NCBI GenBank assembly: GCA_965277405.1
Contig: OZ255726.1
Span: forward strand, 2,052,675 to 2,084,674
Length of the DNA stretch: 32,000 nucleotides
Source: Gammaproteobacteria bacterium
GTDB taxonomy: Bacteria > Pseudomonadota > Gammaproteobacteria > G965277405
Direction of reading: 5' to 3'
Shown: piece by piece, positions 27,332 through 32,000 of the stretch
Layout of the letters: each line of letters begins with the position of its first letter
Numbering within the stretch: the stretch's first letter is position 1
Program-made: the position numbers and the translations under genes
Notes under the pieces: model-generated
Database searches by the model: none
What the model was told of the DNA's origin: nothing
Seen by the model: only the letters and a program-made list of their open reading frames with translations

Positions 27332-28807
27332 TTAATTGGTGAGGATTCTTGCCACAGCTTGTTTCCAGCGTGCATACAGTGCATCAGCTTGCTGTGACGC
27401 TAGCTGCGGAACAAACTGTTGGTCACGTTGCCAATGTTGCGAAATTTCCCTCATTGTTGGGTAAATACCTATTTTCATACCAGCAATCCAAGCGACACCG
27501 AGCGCTGTTGTTTCTATGATTTTTGGACGATCTACAGTGATTTGGGTAATGTCGGCAAGCGTTTGCAGCAGCCAGTTATTTGCCACCATGGCGCCATCTA
27601 CACGCAAAGAAAATTCAGTGGTGGCGTTCCAATCTTTCCGCATTGCGTCAAGCAAGTCACGCGATTGAAACGCAATGGCTTGTAAAGCCGCGTGGGTGAT
27701 TTCTGCGATGCCGCTGTCACGTGTCAGTCCCAAAATCGCACCGCGCGCGTTGCTGTCCCAATATGGGGCTCCTAGCCCAGTAAACGCTGGCACAAATACC
27801 ACTGCAGATTGCTTAGCTTGCATTGCAAGCGCTTCGCTTTGGGATGCGTTTTCTAAGACTTTAATACCATCACGTAGCCATTGGATGACTGCGCCGGCAA
27901 CAAAAATTGAACCTTCAAGTGCGTAAGCAAACTCACCTTCGATATCGTAGGCGATCGTTGTTAGCATTCTGTTTGCAGATTGTAATGGGGTCTTACCAGT
28001 GTTCAAGAGCACAAAACATCCAGTACCATATGTGGATTTCACCATGCCTGGAACAAAACACGACTGGCCAATTGACGCGGCTTGCTGGTCGCCGGCTACA
28101 GCAATAATCGGTAGTTGCATGCCAAATTGTCGGGTTGTACCAAAATTTGCAGCACATGGGTGCACAGTCGGCAGCATAGAATGCGGGATGTTAAATAGTG
28201 CTAATAACTCATCATCCCATTCACGGCTATGAATATTGTAGAGCATCGTCCGCGCGGCATTGGTGCTATCTGTCGCATAGGTCTTGCCTGCTGTTAAGCG
28301 CCAAATGAGAAATGTATCGATTGTACCAAAGCGCAATGTGCCATGTGCAGCGGCTTGTCGTGCACCGTTGACGTTTTCTAAAATCCAATGGACTTTAGTA
28401 GCAGAAAAATAGGCATCTATCAATAATCCTGTTTTCTCACGCACCATTGGCTCGATGTTGTCGGCTTTGAGCCGCTCACACAGTTCAGCAGTCCGCCGAT
28501 CTTGCCAAACTATGGCGTTGTATATTGCTGTGCCCGTCGTCGCATCCCACACCACAACTGTTTCGCGTTGATTGGTGATGCCGATGGCCTTAACAGCAAG
28601 CGTCGTGTTGGCAATCGCCGTGGTGCATACATTCAAGACTGATTGCCAAATCTCTTCTGGGTCATGCTCCACCCAACCAGAATTTGGGAAGTATTGGCTG
28701 AACTCTTGTTGCTCAATGTTGGCTATCTCCATGTTGCTGTTGAAGATAATAGCTCGGCTTGAAGTGGTACCTTGATCGATTGCTAATATGCCAGGTTGAT
28801 TATTCAT
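27332..28807 (-). CDS. glpK: Glycerol kinase
   Basis: LAIDQGTTSSRAIIFN, GDQQAASIGQSCFVPGMVKSTYGTGCFVLLNTG, FVPAFTGLGAPYWD. Start MNNQPGILAIDQ at 28807. Confidence 0.94.
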   Translation of the reverse strand: MNNQPGILAIDQGTTSSRAIIFNSNMEIANIEQQEFSQYFPNSGWVEHDPEEIWQSVLNVCTTAIANTTLAVKAIGITNQRETVVVWDATTGTAIYNAIVWQDRRTAELCERLKADNIEPMVREKTGLLIDAYFSATKVHWILENVNGARQAAAHGTLRFGTIDTFLIWRLTAGKTYATDSTNAARTMLYNIHSREWDDELLALFNIPHSMLPTVHPCAANFGTTRQFGMQLPIIAVAGDQQAASIGQSCFVPGMVKSTYGTGCFVLLNTGKTPLQSANRMLTTIAYDIEGEFAYALEGSIFVAGAVIQWLRDGIKVLENASQSEALAMQAKQSAVVFVPAFTGLGAPYWDSNARGAILGLTRDSGIAEITHAALQAIAFQSRDLLDAMRKDWNATTEFSLRVDGAMVANNWLLQTLADITQITVDRPKIIETTALGVAWIAGMKIGIYPTMREISQHWQRDQQFVPQLASQQADALYARWKQAVARILTN

Positions 28808-28930
28808 TCTGTATATTCCATTCATTGGCAGGTTTGACACAGTCCATGCGAACAGCAAACAGGCATACTGCACAGCTTGTGCTTGCGAACGAGATTGCGG
28901 CTATGCGGCTATAGTAGTTGCCATATTGTA

Positions 28931-28964
28931 GGGAACCTCTGCTTAAGTCCATGCTGGGCGAGAC
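28931..28964 (+). repeat. MITE-like element terminal fragment (copy F)
   Basis: gggaacctctgcttaagtccatgctgggcgagac matches the first ~34 bp of the other copies, then similarity ends. Confidence 0.6.
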
Positions 28965-29256
28965 ATACAAATAAGTTCTATCCTTTGATTAATAAAATAT
29001 TGAGCGCTGCAATATACTTGACAAAGACAGAGTTAGGATAATAATCGCCAGCAATTCTTATACGCATCGCGTTTTGGATATTGGCGTATGGTGTTAAGAT
29101 ATATCAGCCAAAACCGTTGCACACTGCGTTTTGCAGCGTTTATGCAAAGCATAAGTATACAGTAGTGTTGAAAACTCATTCTACTATTATCAATCTCGCA
29201 AGTTTCGCTGACGTTGACTTCAGCCACAATACCACTGCGACAACATAGGAAAAGCT

Positions 29257-30552
29257 ATGAGTAATCGCAAAGCACATCTGCACATTGATGGCAGAGATCC
29301 AATTGAGCTAAACATCATCTCTGGAACGCTTGGCCCTGATGTTATCGATGTCGCTCCTTTGCTTGCTGAAGGGTATTTTACCTATGACCCGGGCTTTATC
29401 GCCACCGCGTCGACCGATTCAAAGATTACTTTTATCGATGGTGACGAAGGGATATTGCTCCACCGTGGCTATCCAATCGAGCAACTGGCAAAGGAGTCTA
29501 ATTATATAGAACTGAGCTATTTGTTACTGAATGGCGAGTTACCAACAATTGAGGAATATAACTCGTTCAAACGGCGTATTAAAAATCATACGATGGTCAC
29601 AGAACGCATGGCCAAATTCATTAATGGTTTTAGAGCAGACTCGCATCCGATGGCGGTGATGTGCGGATTAGTTGGCGCATTGTCGTCTTTCTACCATGAA
29701 AATCTGGATATTTCTAACCCAGAACATCGGTGTCAAACAGCGATTCGCATTGTCTCAAAAATGCCAACACTGGCAGCAATGGCATATAAATATTCACAAG
29801 GATTGCCGTTTATTTATCCTGATAACAGTTTAGCTTTTGCAGAAAACTTTCTCCACATGATGTATGCAACGCCATGCGAAAAATATGTAGTTGACCCGCT
29901 GCATGCTCGGGTGATGGATGTGATTTTTATGCTCCATGCCGATCATGAGCAAAATGCTTCTACTTCAACTGTTCGTCTGGCTGGATCTACCAACGCCAAC
30001 CCATATGCCTGTGTGGCATCGGGAATTGCTGCTTTGTGGGGACCACTCCATGGCGGAGCGAACGAAGCGGTGATTTTAATGCTACAAGAAATCAACTCGG
30101 CAGATCGTATTGCTGGATTTGTCAATCGTGCCAAAGACCCAAATGATTCATTCCGCTTGATGGGGTTTGGACATCGTGTCTATAAGAATTTTGACCCGCG
30201 CGCCAATGTGCTGCGGGATTTTGCCAAAGAGATCATTGCCAACAGACCAGAAGACGAGTTGAGCAAAATGTTTGTGATTGCCGAAGAATTAGAAAAAATC
30301 GCCTTGGAAGACCCGTATTTTATTAAAAAACAATTGTATCCAAATGTTGATTTTTACTCAGGTATCGTGTTGAGCGCTTTAGGAATTCCAACAACCATGT
30401 TCACCGCAATTTTTGCAATTGCTCGGAGTATTGGCTGGATTTCTCATTGGCATGAGATGAGTAGCAGCCCAGGAAAAATAGGCAGACCCAGACAACTGTA
30501 TACAGGAGCAACGCGTCGCGATTACATTGCTGCAGAACTGCGCTCAGCCTAA
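29257..30552 (+). CDS. gltA: Citrate synthase
   Basis: [74 protein letters not shown]. Confidence 0.96.
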   Translation: MSNRKAHLHIDGRDPIELNIISGTLGPDVIDVAPLLAEGYFTYDPGFIATASTDSKITFIDGDEGILLHRGYPIEQLAKESNYIELSYLLLNGELPTIEEYNSFKRRIKNHTMVTERMAKFINGFRADSHPMAVMCGLVGALSSFYHENLDISNPEHRCQTAIRIVSKMPTLAAMAYKYSQGLPFIYPDNSLAFAENFLHMMYATPCEKYVVDPLHARVMDVIFMLHADHEQNASTSTVRLAGSTNANPYACVASGIAALWGPLHGGANEAVILMLQEINSADRIAGFVNRAKDPNDSFRLMGFGHRVYKNFDPRANVLRDFAKEIIANRPEDELSKMFVIAEELEKIALEDPYFIKKQLYPNVDFYSGIVLSALGIPTTMFTAIFAIARSIGWISHWHEMSSSPGKIGRPRQLYTGATRRDYIAAELRSA

Positions 30553-30847
30553 GGAAGCTCTGATTAAGTCCTTGATGGGCGAGACGGAGCAAAAACGCTG
30601 ATGATAACTAGACGCAGTGCGCAGATAATACTGGTGGTCTTGTGGGTATTGCCAAGTGCTGCAACGACGCAGCGCAGCGTTTTTTCCCGTCCTTCTATTG
30701 AATATATGATGGTTTGCCTACAAGCGGTACTTGCTGTGTTGCATCCCTTGGCGTATATGCTACGGCATGCGCTTAGCGGTTTGCGCCTTGCAATCATCAG
30801 CAATTGCCAACAAACTCTCTCTATCAGCGAGTTAATCAGAGGTTCCC
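30552..30847 (+). mobile_element. MITE-like element, best complete copy (copy A, ~296 bp)
   Basis: Left AGGAAGCTCTGATTAAGTC (30552-30570); right, reverse complement GGGAACCTCTGATTAACTC (30829-30847); 16/19 match. Each end is flanked by TA. Confidence 0.85.
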
Positions 30848-30859
30848 TAAGTGTCAAAA

Positions 30860-31760
30860 CTACACACGTTGTTTACAAAAACCAACAATTCTAGCAGCTG
30901 GTGGTAGATTCCCTAAAGCGGAATGTGTGCGACTGAGGTTATAGTGATTAAGATATTTTGGAAGAGCTTTGTTGCGCTCATCACTTGTTTGCTATGGCTG
31001 CGAAAATGCCCATTCCTTGCTAAGCGTTTGTATCAACCTTTCTGCTTTTCCGTTGGTCTGCGGCCTGTATGGTTTGGTAAAAACGTGCTTGATTTGACAA
31101 GCATCAAGATATCGATTTACGAACTTTGATCGATATGCAGGTCCATTGTCTGTCATCAGCCGGTTCACCGCTATTCCCAAAGATGAAAAATGCTCCAATG
31201 CTCGGTGTATAAACCCCTGAGTCGTTTCCTTTTTCTCATCAGGAAGCACCTCCACAAACGCCCATCGACTATGGTCATCTATACAAACATGGGCGCACTC
31301 AATACCATGGCCTGTATTTGCTTTTGCAGGAGCACCAAATTTATGCCCAGTGGAGTAAAACGTTGCAGTTTGTTGATGTCCAGATGCAGCATGTCACCAG
31401 GGTGTTCATGCTCATAGCGATGCGCTTTTTCTCTTTTTAAGGTCTTTTTTGTAAGGCATAGCCGTCTCAAAATTTTGGTGACAGTGGAGTATGCCAATTG
31501 CAAATACTTGGCAATGCTCCGTGCATTCATTTGTGACTCTAAATAGAGTTTTTGGATGCGTTGAGCCAAGGTCTCAGCGAGCTTAGCTGGGGTTGAAATT
31601 GGCCTGCTGGAAAGATTGTACAGTGCAGATGTTCCACCTGATTTATAGCGTCTGAGCCACTTGTAAACAGTTAGTAGCGAATAGTATCGAAATGGCAAAA
31701 TAGTTGGCTACGCGATTCACAGGGTGATTGTCGACAAGCACCCTGTGAATCGCGTAATTG
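30860..31760 (-). pseudogene. IS481-family transposase, degenerate (two frameshifts plus an in-frame stop)
   Basis: Pieces: HPVNRVANYFAIS / LLTVYKWLRRYKSGGTSALYNLSSRP...LHLDINKLQRF / (frameshift) GHKFGAPAKANTGHGIECAHVCIDDHSRWAFVEVLPDEKKETTQGF...NRLMTDNGPAYRS...RPQTNGKAERLIQTLSKEWAFSQP* then QTSDERNKALPKYLNHYNLSRTHSALGNLPP in the same frame. Confidence 0.85.
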
Positions 31761-31762
31761 TA

Positions 31763-31900
31763 TGTAAACGCCTGAATCACACCTTGTTGCTCAAGCTCAT
31801 TCAGTTCGCGCTCATCCATAATCGTGAAGGCCATCTCAAGCTGTTGCAGCGAGCGTTTGAAATTATCGAATCTGTGTATCCAACGAATATCGGGTGACAT
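31763..31900 (-). pseudogene. 5' fragment of an HI0074-like nucleotidyltransferase substrate-binding protein gene
   Basis: MSPDIRWIHRFDNFKRSLQQLEMAFTIMDERELNELEQQGVIQAFTYN resembles the N-terminal half of this small family, then runs into transposase-derived sequence. Confidence 0.65.
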
Positions 31901-32000
31901 CAGAATCTCCGTTATGTAAATGCTGGACGTAGTTCCTTAAAACTAATTGTTGGGGTACGGGCTATTATTGCTGATTTTTTTTTGCAACATCAGCAAACCG

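Noticed and set aside
27332-28807. FGGY kinase as xylB (because xyl genes are nearby)
   Set aside because: Motifs MVKSTYGTGCF and FTGLGAPYWD and the overall sequence fit glycerol kinase; opposite strand to the xyl genes.
30549-30850. 4-bp CTAA target duplication for MITE-like copy A
   Set aside because: Possible if the ends are read as GGAA, but several other copies are preceded by TA before GGGAA, so a TA target with a 19-bp TIR explains more copies; left unresolved.

Overview
Bacterial (probably alphaproteobacterial) accessory-rich window.

Main contents, left to right:
(1) A type II-C CRISPR-Cas locus: cas9 (1044 aa, RuvC and HNH motifs readable), cas1, cas2, and an array of 20 x 36-bp repeats with 19 spacers. 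A candidate tracrRNA lies on the opposite strand just upstream of cas9. It is supported by a 19/20 anti-repeat match, a plausible promoter and a terminator hairpin.
(2) A xanthine dehydrogenase operon (xdhA-xdhB-xdhC) followed by a BmpA/nucleoside-type ABC transporter, a 57-aa ORF and a NifS-like cysteine desulfurase.
(3) A 2.2-kb IS1595-type transposon inserted in that operon, carrying a DNA methyltransferase and a PD-(D/E)xK endonuclease-like ORF. I can delimit it exactly at 15187-17399: 24-bp terminal inverted repeats (23/24 identical) flanked by a perfect 8-bp direct repeat, CAAATTTA.
(4) xylA plus a xylose/sugar ABC transporter, a cold-shock protein, glpK and gltA.
(5) A degenerate IS481-type transposase next to a truncated HI0074-like gene.
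(6) A dispersed family of about 270-296-bp MITE-like elements, six full or partial copies, with TIRs and an internal foldback.

Most interesting: the restriction-modification transposon, the MITE-like family, and the tracrRNA/array architecture. All calls are from reading the sequence; no database search was run.
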